Origin: a virus | Lineage: Duplodnaviria; Caudoviricetes | Reading direction: 5' to 3' (one strand) | Length of the DNA: 55,673 nt | Virus record (IMG/VR): IMGVR_UViG_3300024265_000061 | Location: 1 to 55,673 of that record | Shown: one piece after another, positions 1-8,941 of the stretch | Layout: the number at the start of each line of letters is the position of its first letter | Numbering within the stretch: position 1 is the first letter of the stretch | Notes under the pieces: model-generated | Seen by the model: the letters and a program-made list of their open reading frames with translations, nothing else | Database searches by the model: none | Told to the model about the DNA's origin: nothing | Position numbers and translations under genes: made by a program

Positions 1-148
1 GTGGGTGCGACTCCTGCTACGACCGGAGCGGAAGTAAAGAACTATGAGTATGGGGAAACGGATTATGTGATACTCATCATCACCAGTGTTGATTATCTCG
101 GCAAGGCCATAACCGTCAAGGCTATTAATTCGGTGGATGGTGGAGGGA
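1..148. repeat. Terminal direct repeat, left copy (circular assembly overlap)
   Basis: 1-148 equals 55526-55673 except A22 vs T55547; it lies inside the capsid ORF, so it reflects circularity rather than a physical terminus. Confidence 0.95.
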
Positions 149-906
149 TGGATTTCGAGTGGGCGGCAACTGGAGATGCCTTTAGTGTCGAACCAGTAGC
201 AGATGACTGGATTGTAATGGCCAAATCAACCCGGTACAATTCGGGGTCGCGTCCACAGCTTAGTTGGGGACTCAATGACTGGATTAAATCGTCTGGTTAT
301 ATTCTTGGGGGTTCTTCCTCAAATGCTGCGGCTCTTAACTTGACGACATATCCACAGTTTAAGTCTCAGGTTAAGGCCGTGAACGGGCCTCTTACCGATG
401 ACGTGATTAACGGTTATATCGGTGGATACCTGGATGCTTATCCGGGTGAAACCTTAGACACTGTTATTACTACACAGGGCGTTCAGTTGAAGTGGCTGCA
501 ACAGCCGGGTCTGTATAACAACAGACAGAACTATGAGCGTACCGGAAAAGCCCTGAGTTTCAAGGGTGGTTGGTCTCAGATTGCTTATGAGTTCGGTGGA
601 CGAACCTATGAGTGGATTATGAGTCCGATGTGCTTGAGTAATACTCTGTATGCCTTGAAGTTTGGTGGGGACAATATTCAGCGATTTAGTCCTCCGAGAT
701 TGGGCGGAGTGGAAGCAAGTATGGGGCCAGAGATTGAATTTTTGGCTCCTCTTGGTGGCCTCTCCGGGGTGTTTATGATTTCTACTGCCTCTACAGGTGC
801 TCCGCAGGATTTATTGGAGGCTCCGTTCTGGTATTACAATTTAATTGCTCCAAGTGATCCGCGAGCGGTCAAGCTCGAAAATTTAACTGAGGCCACAATG
901 CTTTGA
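1..906 (+). CDS. Major capsid protein, C-terminal part
   Basis: Continuation of the 54833 ORF across the overlap; synteny portal-scaffold-capsid; capsid-like C-terminus (YYNLIAPSDPRAVKLENL). Confidence 0.8.
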   Translation: MGATPATTGAEVKNYEYGETDYVILIITSVDYLGKAITVKAINSVDGGGMDFEWAATGDAFSVEPVADDWIVMAKSTRYNSGSRPQLSWGLNDWIKSSGYILGGSSSNAAALNLTTYPQFKSQVKAVNGPLTDDVINGYIGGYLDAYPGETLDTVITTQGVQLKWLQQPGLYNNRQNYERTGKALSFKGGWSQIAYEFGGRTYEWIMSPMCLSNTLYALKFGGDNIQRFSPPRLGGVEASMGPEIEFLAPLGGLSGVFMISTASTGAPQDLLEAPFWYYNLIAPSDPRAVKLENLTEATML

Positions 907-930
907 TAACTCCTTATACAATAAGGACTT

Positions 931-1719
931 ATGATGCCAAAACTAAACGAAATAAGACAAGGTCGGGACATTGGCAAAAAACCAGATGCTCAAAAATTTA
1001 TCTGGGCTGCTTGTCCTGATTGTGAGATAGCTCGTTGGGTTGTTCTTCTTGTAGGAGAAAATAAACCTCAACGAGAACGATGCAGAGCATGTGCTCAACA
1101 TCTCCGTAAAGGAGAAAAAAGAGGCATCGCCCATAATCGACTCAATCTCATCGGCCAACGGTTTACTCGTTTAGTTGTATTACATGATACTGGAAAAACA
1201 AAGCATAAAGAAAGTCTCTGGGAATGTCAATGTGATTGTGGTAACATAACAGTCACAACTGGTTATAGTCTTACTTCTGGAAACACAAAAAGTTGTGGGT
1301 GCTATCACAAGATACGCACCCAACAGCTTTTCAGTAAACCATTAGATGAATTACGAGTTAATCGAATTTTCTTTGCTTATCGGAAACTTGCCCGAACTAA
1401 AGGTCATTGTTTCAAACTCTCTAAGGAGCAAATTCAAAGTTTGATTTCCGCTGATTGTTACTACTGTGGATGTAACCCTGAAAATTCTCTGGTATATCAC
1501 GGAAAAACTATTATCTATCAAGGTATCGACCGATTAGATAATTCCAGAGGATATGAGACTAAAAATGTCGTTCCTTGTTGCATACGGTGCAATAAAATGA
1601 AAAAAATCTTGAGCCACGATGAGTTTCTGTTGCACATTCACAGAATATCTTCGAGGTTTGAGACAGAATCTCCACAGGCTGATTGTTATTCCGAAGTCTG
1701 CGGAGGTCAAGTTCTTTAG
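931..1719 (+). CDS. HNH-type homing endonuclease with Zn-binding N-terminus
   Basis: GQRFTRLVV..WECQCDCGN..SGNTKSCGC domain; CYYCG..GIDRLDNSRGY..NVVPCCIRCNKMK nuclease motif. Confidence 0.85.
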   Translation: MMPKLNEIRQGRDIGKKPDAQKFIWAACPDCEIARWVVLLVGENKPQRERCRACAQHLRKGEKRGIAHNRLNLIGQRFTRLVVLHDTGKTKHKESLWECQCDCGNITVTTGYSLTSGNTKSCGCYHKIRTQQLFSKPLDELRVNRIFFAYRKLARTKGHCFKLSKEQIQSLISADCYYCGCNPENSLVYHGKTIIYQGIDRLDNSRGYETKNVVPCCIRCNKMKKILSHDEFLLHIHRISSRFETESPQADCYSEVCGGQVL

Positions 1720-1730
1720 AAAAAGTGAAT

Positions 1731-1801
1731 AACGGAGAGGTCGATATTTTTCATTTTCTTCCTTTCTCGTAGTCGGTGTTTCAGACCTCTCCGTTTTCTT
1801 T
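1731..1801 (+). terminator. Long-loop hairpin/terminator after the capsid-HNH unit
   Basis: AACGGAGAGGTC (1731-1742) pairs with GACCTCTCCGTT (1784-1795), followed by TTCTTT. Confidence 0.65.
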
Positions 1802-1831
1802 GAAATGTAATTTAGCTAAGGAGAAAAAACA

Positions 1832-2866
1832 ATGGCTTTAACTATAAAAGAGGCCGTCCGGAAGTGGGGGCCGGAATACCTCACCATTTGCGGAATCGCA
1901 AATTATTTCCCCACAATGAACTACAATTCCCATGTCTTTTTTGTCGATGGAAACTCGGCAGTAGGCGATGACGGTGTTAATAGATTGGGACAGGTTCCCG
2001 ATGAACCCCTCCTGACGATTACTCACGCATTGAGTTTATGTACCAGTGGTGCAAATGACTACATCTTCGTCTTGAATTATCCCAGTACCGCCCCCGCAGA
2101 GACTTGGCCTATCGTAATTAGTAAACAGAGAGTTCATATCCTCGGCATACGCAACGGGATACTTCCGACCTTCAAGATAGTGGCTCCAGGTGACACCACC
2201 GATACTCCGGTTTTTGCCTTTGGTGCTGCCGGTGGAACATACGGAGCATACTGTGAAATCGCCAACTTGATATTGGGCAGTGAAAAGGCTGACTCAATTC
2301 GTGGAGCTATAGAGAGTCACTATGGGGGTGCATGGGGCAATCATATCCATCACTGTCACTTTGGCCCAGAGGGTCGAAGCAACACTGGTGCATCCTACGG
2401 CATCGTCGCCGGTCGTTCTTCCAGTACCTATACTGCTGGCGAATTGCTCTATGGCTTGATTGAAAAGTGTACTTTTGGCAAGTCGCTTATTGAGGCTGGC
2501 ATTTTTGTAGGTTCTGGCTTAGCTGATAGTGGGCCGAATGCTATTTATGGATTAGTCATCCGAGACAACACCTTCTATGTCAATTCGGGTGACGTAGGTA
2601 TCCATATCAACAAGGCGACCGCAAACTTCCGAAATGGTGGAATCTACAACAACAGATTCATCTTGGCCGCTGACGACACGGGCGATGCCATTACCTTAGC
2701 GGCTGGTGTAACTGGTGGAATGATTGATGGCAACGTCGCTGGTGTGCTGGCGAATCTTGCTTCTATGTCGAACAATCCGTACTTAACAAATACTGCCTGC
2801 GGCCCTGCGTGGGGTCGGAATTACAAGGGTGGTTCAGAACTTGTTGTCAGGCCAGCATTGGCTTAA
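1832..2866 (+). CDS. Virion protein with right-handed beta-helix (pectate-lyase-like)
   Basis: VFFVDGNS..GDDG..PDEPLLTITHAL motif followed by I..C.F / I..N.F beta-helix repeats. Confidence 0.65.
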   Translation: MALTIKEAVRKWGPEYLTICGIANYFPTMNYNSHVFFVDGNSAVGDDGVNRLGQVPDEPLLTITHALSLCTSGANDYIFVLNYPSTAPAETWPIVISKQRVHILGIRNGILPTFKIVAPGDTTDTPVFAFGAAGGTYGAYCEIANLILGSEKADSIRGAIESHYGGAWGNHIHHCHFGPEGRSNTGASYGIVAGRSSSTYTAGELLYGLIEKCTFGKSLIEAGIFVGSGLADSGPNAIYGLVIRDNTFYVNSGDVGIHINKATANFRNGGIYNNRFILAADDTGDAITLAAGVTGGMIDGNVAGVLANLASMSNNPYLTNTACGPAWGRNYKGGSELVVRPALA

Positions 2867-2883
2867 TTTTAGGAGAATTTATT

Positions 2884-3789
2884 ATGGCTTTTACTTTAGC
2901 CGATAATTTAGCACGGTTAGGTCTGGGACAGTTAGGGCCTATCCTTAATCCCGATGCTGGATTTGCAGAAGTCTATTGGGTAGATGCAGATTCAGGCAGC
3001 GATTCAGATAATGGTTTGTCCCCCGAACACGCCTTCGCATCAATGGCTGTGGCAATAGCGGCAAACAATACTGCCTTTGGTTTGGACGGGGACACTCAAC
3101 GTACTATGTATGTTCACTCCAAGACCTACACACAGAATTTATCAGCATTTCCCAAAAACTGTACCGTGATTGGAATTGGTGGCAAGGTGCGAATACAGGG
3201 TTATCATTCTACGGGTGCTGCCCAGAATAGTCGCTGGCATAATATCCAGTTTAGAAGTAATCAGACATCTGTTCCTATTATTTCTGTCGCAGGAGGCAGT
3301 CATGGTATTGAGTTCCATGAGTGTACTTTTGATAGTCAGGCTACAATTTCGGAATGTCTCTTATTCGCCGGTAGTTGCTCGGACGTAGTAATCGAAAAAT
3401 GTAGAATTGGTTACGAGTCAGCCGTTGCTAATAGCCCGGACTTTGCTATCCGGTTCTCAGGGCTACAAGCTCAACGATCCAAAGTTGTCGATAATCAAAT
3501 CTATACCACCGGTATAGGTATCCAAATTGATGCCGCTATGAGTTCCAATATGTTTATGTTGGTAAAGGATAATGTTATATCCGTTGGCCCCGGTAGTCAT
3601 ACAGATCAAATGGACATCGGTATTTACGATAAAACAGCCCAACCCAGAGGTGCATTATATGTCAATAACTATATTAGTGCCGTTGATGCAATCAAGTTTG
3701 ATGCTGCAAATGTCGTATCTCAGAATATGTGTATTGGTAATCACATTGTCCAAGCCGGAAGTGGTGGAATTGAGACTTCTGGTTCTTAA
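2884..3789 (+). CDS. Second beta-helix virion protein
   Basis: ATG 2884 after AGGAG; YWVDADSGSDSDNGLSPEHAFASM motif and beta-helix repeats. Confidence 0.65.
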   Translation: MAFTLADNLARLGLGQLGPILNPDAGFAEVYWVDADSGSDSDNGLSPEHAFASMAVAIAANNTAFGLDGDTQRTMYVHSKTYTQNLSAFPKNCTVIGIGGKVRIQGYHSTGAAQNSRWHNIQFRSNQTSVPIISVAGGSHGIEFHECTFDSQATISECLLFAGSCSDVVIEKCRIGYESAVANSPDFAIRFSGLQAQRSKVVDNQIYTTGIGIQIDAAMSSNMFMLVKDNVISVGPGSHTDQMDIGIYDKTAQPRGALYVNNYISAVDAIKFDAANVVSQNMCIGNHIVQAGSGGIETSGS

Positions 3790-3812
3790 TCCAAATTGAA
3801 TACTTACCAATG

Positions 3813-3851
3813 CGTTGGAGGGCGAGGATATGCTCTCCAACGGCTTTTTTC
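3813..3851 (+). terminator. Rho-independent terminator
   Basis: CGTTGGAGGGC / GCTCTCCAACG stem followed by a T run. Confidence 0.7.
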
Positions 3852-3865
3852 TATAGGAGAATAAT

Positions 3866-4390
3866 ATGCTTGTTCATACAGTTAGAGCAGCTTGGACGGC
3901 GATTAGAACAGCCATAGCTACGGTAGATTGGCCGACGACCGGTGGAAATACATACGACCCTCCGGATGATGTAACAGAGCGGTTTGTTGATTATATGGTT
4001 GATACCGATGAAGCTGCCTTGCCATATATCAATTTATCTAACGATACGGCTCTGAACCATCTGGAACTTCGGGCACATTTTAACGACAACGCAGGCACGG
4101 CCACTATGCAAATATTCGCAGCCCGCGAAGGTGAAACTACTGTTAAAATGATTGCAGAAGTGGCGTGGACTGCCGGAACTCAACCAACGGCCATATCATC
4201 GGCTCGATATTTTGCCAAAACAGGTGTTGTGACTCAATATTGGAATAAAACTATTAGTGTTACTGCGGAGGAATCTGGAACAGGAATTGCAACGGTCTCA
4301 TTCGATACTTTTGGTTACAATAGATTTTGGATTGGCTTCGATGCCATCAGCGGTTCAGATAATGTGACAGTCGAATATAGTGGACTTTGA
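3866..4390 (+). CDS. Hypothetical beta-rich virion protein
   Basis: 174 aa, AGGAG RBS, within the structural module. Confidence 0.55.
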   Translation: MLVHTVRAAWTAIRTAIATVDWPTTGGNTYDPPDDVTERFVDYMVDTDEAALPYINLSNDTALNHLELRAHFNDNAGTATMQIFAAREGETTVKMIAEVAWTAGTQPTAISSARYFAKTGVVTQYWNKTISVTAEESGTGIATVSFDTFGYNRFWIGFDAISGSDNVTVEYSGL

Positions 4391-4396
4391 TGAATC

Positions 4397-5680
4397 ATGC
4401 CTCCAAAACATGATAAGAAAATCAAAAAAAAGATGGGTTATACTCTTACATATGATGACGAACTAAAAAAATCCATTTGGAGAGGATTCCCAGACCTTAA
4501 CTATTTATTTGAGGGGGAAGATATACTTGTCTGGGAACGTGAGATTATCAACGAAGATGGGAAGAAAGAAACAGTCAAGACCTACAAACTGCCTATTAGG
4601 ATAACCGCCGATTTCAAACCTGAAAGCATAGTTTACGGCCTCGACAAGGAAGGCAAAATTGAGGGGGCTGCCGTCAAGAAATTCGGCGGTGCACTTAAAG
4701 GTTTTGTGTGGCTTGATAATGTATCTGGTGGTGGTGAAGTTATTTTCCCGTTTACAGCCCCACACATATTCATAGCCAAAGGTAGCAGACTTCTCCCGGA
4801 ACTCATTGAAATCTTTACAGACCCTAAATCTGATAATTACTACAAGATTGTAGATGAGAAAACCCACGTTTTTGTCCAGAGCTTTTCCGGTGTCGGCGGT
4901 GCTGCCGGTTCTCCACCCACGCTTATTGCTGAGTACAAAATGAATGATAGGCTTGCTACTGCTGTCATTCTTGATTCAAGTGGAAATGGCCATAATGGGG
5001 CGGTTAAAGACGCCACAGGAACGGCGACCTCGGCATTTCATTCTGTAGTTGGAAAAATAAATAGAGCACAAGACTTGGATGGGACAGATGATTACATTAA
5101 GATACCTGACCACGCCAACTTTACCCCGGCCTCGACTCCGTTTAGCATTGAGACATGGATTTATATGCACGATACTTCTAATTTTCGGATTATAACCAAA
5201 GGAGTATTTAATACAGATGCCGAATGGCTGTTGCGTATATTTAGCAATAAGTTGGGTATATTCTTTTACGATGAATCTGTTGATGATTGTTTTATTGGCC
5301 GAAGTTATGATACAGCTTTAGTCGAAAATCGGTGGTATCATTCAGTCGCAACTTATGATGGAGGAACTTTAACTTCTGGAATAGGAATCTATGTAGATGG
5401 TAAACGTGTTGATGATAAGGATATTCATAGTAATCCTGACTCTTTTGTGGCTGTAGAAAATCTCAATGCACCTGTTTATATTGGTCGATTGGGTACAGAT
5501 TATGCTGACGGCCTCATCGATATTACAAGATTCTACAACAAAGTACTCACACTTGATGAGATTAAACGTCTTTATAACAACGGACATGGAACTGAAATAT
5601 TAACTGAAGTAGATGAACCTCGATTGCTATTGAGACGCAATAATTCACAGTTTGGCCTCCGCAGTAGATATGAAAAATAA
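4397..5680 (+). CDS. LamG/concanavalin-A-like domain virion protein
   Basis: DSSGNGHNG..LDGTDDYI..FSIETWI..WYHSVATYDG..IYVDG..IDITRFYNKVLT. Confidence 0.8.
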   Translation: MPPKHDKKIKKKMGYTLTYDDELKKSIWRGFPDLNYLFEGEDILVWEREIINEDGKKETVKTYKLPIRITADFKPESIVYGLDKEGKIEGAAVKKFGGALKGFVWLDNVSGGGEVIFPFTAPHIFIAKGSRLLPELIEIFTDPKSDNYYKIVDEKTHVFVQSFSGVGGAAGSPPTLIAEYKMNDRLATAVILDSSGNGHNGAVKDATGTATSAFHSVVGKINRAQDLDGTDDYIKIPDHANFTPASTPFSIETWIYMHDTSNFRIITKGVFNTDAEWLLRIFSNKLGIFFYDESVDDCFIGRSYDTALVENRWYHSVATYDGGTLTSGIGIYVDGKRVDDKDIHSNPDSFVAVENLNAPVYIGRLGTDYADGLIDITRFYNKVLTLDEIKRLYNNGHGTEILTEVDEPRLLLRRNNSQFGLRSRYEK

Positions 5681-5692
5681 AAGGAACAAATA

Positions 5693-5917
5693 ATGGCTAA
5701 ATATGATTTAATTCGGGCTTTGATGGGGATGAAACACAGCCCTGCGGGTCTAAAACATATTACGAGTAAAAGATTCGCAGCCGCCGAGAAGAAAGCTGGC
5801 AAAAAGAAAAAAGGAGTAACTGCTGGTATGCGTTCTCACAGGATAGATTCTGCATTGAAGAAGGCGGGTTTAACCGATGCTCAAATTCGTAATTTAAGGG
5901 GAAGTAAAACCGAATAA
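5693..5917 (+). CDS. Small basic protein
   Basis: K/R-rich 74 aa, AAGGA RBS. Confidence 0.55.
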   Translation: MAKYDLIRALMGMKHSPAGLKHITSKRFAAAEKKAGKKKKGVTAGMRSHRIDSALKKAGLTDAQIRNLRGSKTE

Positions 5918-5938
5918 CTTTTTTGAAAGGAACTGAAA

Positions 5939-6124
5939 ATGAATCCTACAGAACAAGCACACAACCAGTTGCGGCAAGTATTACTTAAGGGTCGGATACT
6001 ATTTAACGGAATGCCTCTGACCGGGGAAGAATTAGGGTCAATAGTTCGGGATGAGCAGATGCTCTATGAAAAGGCAATGCAACTGGACAAGGTCAATGCA
6101 CCTGTCACTGTTAAAAAGGAGTAA
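5939..6124 (+). CDS. Hypothetical protein
   Basis: GAAAGG RBS, tight gene packing. Confidence 0.55.
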   Translation: MNPTEQAHNQLRQVLLKGRILFNGMPLTGEELGSIVRDEQMLYEKAMQLDKVNAPVTVKKE

Positions 6125-6127
6125 AAT

Positions 6128-6520
6128 ATGCTTGGGATGATCTCTGTATTTACCTCCGCAGAACATACAATTATCAAAGGTAGTGGGATTCCTGAATTCT
6201 TAGGGCGATTAGTGGAAGGGGACTCTCAACGGAAGGGTTGTCTATTCCTTATTCGATATAATAAGCTCGGAGTCTTTTGTATCTGTGAATGGATTGGTGG
6301 TGGCCAAGATACTTTTGTGGATATTTTGAATCTCGGGAAATCTCTGGGAAACTTCGGTCATGCGGAGGCCCAGGAACTACGCAGACGATTATTTGCCCCG
6401 GTTACTGCGGAGGAATCAGCCCAAGAAATTATAAGGAATGATAGCGATTTCTACCACAATCTTCAAGACGAGGATTCAGAAGAAACAGAAAGACAGGAGC
6501 GAGTTGCGATAGGAGAATAA
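6128..6520 (+). CDS. Hypothetical protein
   Basis: AAGGAG RBS, 130 aa. Confidence 0.6.
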   Translation: MLGMISVFTSAEHTIIKGSGIPEFLGRLVEGDSQRKGCLFLIRYNKLGVFCICEWIGGGQDTFVDILNLGKSLGNFGHAEAQELRRRLFAPVTAEESAQEIIRNDSDFYHNLQDEDSEETERQERVAIGE

Positions 6521-6521
6521 A

Positions 6522-7109
6522 ATGCCTATTAGCGAAGAGTCAAGACAAAAGATGGGTTGGAAGAAGGGTAGACTTTTTACTGCTTATTGGAAATCTTGTG
6601 TAATATGCGGGAAAGAATTTAAGACTGTTCCATCAAGCAGTAAACAATATACTTGTAGTTCTAAATGTATGGGAATAAGAAGAAGAGTTGAACGCAAAAC
6701 CTATAAATGTGCTTTTTGTAATGAAGATATAACTGCAATTAAAACATCTGGACGTAAATACTGTAGCAATAAATGTAAAATAAATGCTTTAGCTGTGTTA
6801 AAGAAACAGCGATATGCAAATAAAAGAATATTTGGCAAATGGCGAACTCATAAAACATTAAAAGCATATTTGCTTGATAAGTATAGAGCATGTCAAATAT
6901 GTGGTTGGAATTCTGAAATAAGAGTATTGGAGAAACACCATATAGACCGAAACAAAAAGAATAATGTAGAGGATAATCTTTTACTTCTATGCCCTAATTG
7001 TCATTCTATTGAACATTATAAGGCTTTGGACGGCCAATATAAATATAGCTTGGGAGGTCTTCGAGATGCCCTTCAAGTCGGAAAAGCAAAGAGGTTGGTT
7101 ATGGCATAA
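6522..7109 (+). CDS. HNH endonuclease with Cys-rich N-terminal repeats
   Basis: CxxC..CSxKC repeats; CQICG..LEKHHIDRNKKNN..NLLLLCPNCH. Confidence 0.85.
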   Translation: MPISEESRQKMGWKKGRLFTAYWKSCVICGKEFKTVPSSSKQYTCSSKCMGIRRRVERKTYKCAFCNEDITAIKTSGRKYCSNKCKINALAVLKKQRYANKRIFGKWRTHKTLKAYLLDKYRACQICGWNSEIRVLEKHHIDRNKKNNVEDNLLLLCPNCHSIEHYKALDGQYKYSLGGLRDALQVGKAKRLVMA

Positions 7110-7203
7110 CAAACCAAAACTTGCAAAGAAATGGACTAAGAAATATAGAGCTAAAATTGTCGCCAAGATGATAAAACATAAACGTAAAGGAGTTCACAAA
7201 TGA
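7066..7203 (+). CDS. Small basic phage protein (MPFKSEKQR type)
   Basis: GGAGG RBS before ATG 7066; MPFKSEKQRGWLW..PKLAKKW. Confidence 0.6.
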   Translation: MPFKSEKQRGWLWHNKPKLAKKWTKKYRAKIVAKMIKHKRKGVHK

Positions 7204-7358
7204 ATGGGATAGAACGCGATGAGCTACTAATAAGAATTGATGAACGGGTATGCAGTCTTACTAAACATTTTACTAATCACATTAAACATCACTGGATGGT
7301 AGCTATCCCTGTGATTATGTTGGTTTTAGGATTGGTTATTGCTTTGTTGACAAAGTAA
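7200..7358 (+). CDS. Small membrane protein, possibly holin-like
   Basis: 52 aa, MNGIERDELLIRIDER.. with one C-terminal hydrophobic helix; below the ORF-track cutoff. Confidence 0.45.
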   Translation: MNGIERDELLIRIDERVCSLTKHFTNHIKHHWMVAIPVIMLVLGLVIALLTK

Positions 7359-7379
7359 ATTTAAGAAAGGTAGTTACAA

Positions 7380-8939
7380 ATGCCTGCTCCTATTTCATTG
7401 CCCCCAAATCTCGGAGATTACTTAGTAGATTCGACGGTCTACATTTTCTGGGATACTTTTAATTCCAGTAATGCCTCCGTGACCCAGAGCGGTCTCGCCG
7501 TAACCGATATTGAAATCTATAAAAATGAGAGCATGACTCAACGGGCCTCTGATGCGGGTTATACACTTCTTGACACCGATGGGATTGATATTGATGGGGC
7601 TACTGGTTGTCATGGGATTTCTATTGATTTAAGTGATAATACCACAGCAGGATTTTATGTTCGGGGAAATGATTATTCGGTTATGGTTAATGCCGTAACC
7701 GTTGACGGCCAGACTGTACGATTCTGTGCAGCCGTCTTTAGTATTGAGAATCGAGCCGGAAGAAATGGAGTTGGGGATTATCAAGTTACTCTGACGATTC
7801 GGACTACCGGTGGAGATGCTGTTTCTGGGATTTCTGTATGGGTCAATAGTTCCAATACTCGTTCTGCTTCCGTAGCTGGAACCAAAGTCACTGACACGAA
7901 TGGCCAAATTGTGTTCAATCTGGAATATACTACATACTATATATTCTGTAATTTGTCTGGTTATACTTTTGCTTCTGCGTCTTTTACCTCCGCAGCAGGA
8001 AGTGTTTCATTCACAAAAGATATAGCTACGGTCACAAGTGCTGGCTCAAGTGCTTACTATACTGAGAGCTTTTTAACAAGAGCAATAGTGGATGCACGGG
8101 AAAGTACAGATGAACCAGTCGTTGCAGCTAAATATTCAGATTCAAGGATCATAAATATTCTTGAAAAAGCATATATACTGGTTCTTAATGAGGTGAATCG
8201 AAACTCTCGGACACCTGCCGTTGCTAAAATTAACAAGACGATTGTTTCCGGGACTACAACATATCCACTACCTCATACTGTTGGGTCTGTTCACGGAATC
8301 TATAAAGTAGGTGATACTGGTGGAAAGGTTTTTTATGATTCTCGAAGTAAATTTAATTCATTCGGGAGAGGTATGTGGATTGAGAATCAAACTCTTCATA
8401 TCCAAACCACTGATATGTATGGTCTTGGGACAGAAATAACAATCGAATATATCCCATCAGGAATTGCAAGGCTTCACAATGGAACCTGCACTCTGAATGC
8501 CGATGGTGATGTTGTAACGTTTGGTGCTGTTCCAAATGCAGGAGCACTTGATACACATCACGAGGCTTATGCAGGAAGTATATTCAGATGTTTAGGGTCA
8601 GATGGAACTGGAAATTATTTGCAGGAACGAGTAATACCAGCCTACGACGAAACTACACGGGAAGCCTCACTTGATGCTCCTCTTGATCCAATTCCAACTG
8701 GGAATATTTATTACGAGATTGCACCTGCGATTAGTAAGGGAATGGATACTGTCGTTGCCTTATATGCGGCCTATAGGATTATGGCTACTGAAGGAAATGC
8801 TAAAAGAGCCACAGGTATTCTCAAGGCTTACCGGAATGAAATAAGAAATGTCCGATTAACGGCCTACTATTCCTATTTACCTGATGCCCCGATAGACCGG
8901 AGTGATAACCCTAACAACAGACGTTATTGGAGAGGTTAA
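7380..8939 (+). CDS. Tail adaptor (tubular-A-like) protein with Ig-like N-terminal extension
   Basis: 519 aa; C-terminal half resembles a head-tail adaptor (helical start, YPLP, VVALYAAYR); position in tail module. Confidence 0.5.
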   Translation: MPAPISLPPNLGDYLVDSTVYIFWDTFNSSNASVTQSGLAVTDIEIYKNESMTQRASDAGYTLLDTDGIDIDGATGCHGISIDLSDNTTAGFYVRGNDYSVMVNAVTVDGQTVRFCAAVFSIENRAGRNGVGDYQVTLTIRTTGGDAVSGISVWVNSSNTRSASVAGTKVTDTNGQIVFNLEYTTYYIFCNLSGYTFASASFTSAAGSVSFTKDIATVTSAGSSAYYTESFLTRAIVDARESTDEPVVAAKYSDSRIINILEKAYILVLNEVNRNSRTPAVAKINKTIVSGTTTYPLPHTVGSVHGIYKVGDTGGKVFYDSRSKFNSFGRGMWIENQTLHIQTTDMYGLGTEITIEYIPSGIARLHNGTCTLNADGDVVTFGAVPNAGALDTHHEAYAGSIFRCLGSDGTGNYLQERVIPAYDETTREASLDAPLDPIPTGNIYYEIAPAISKGMDTVVALYAAYRIMATEGNAKRATGILKAYRNEIRNVRLTAYYSYLPDAPIDRSDNPNNRRYWRG

Positions 8940-8941
8940 TT

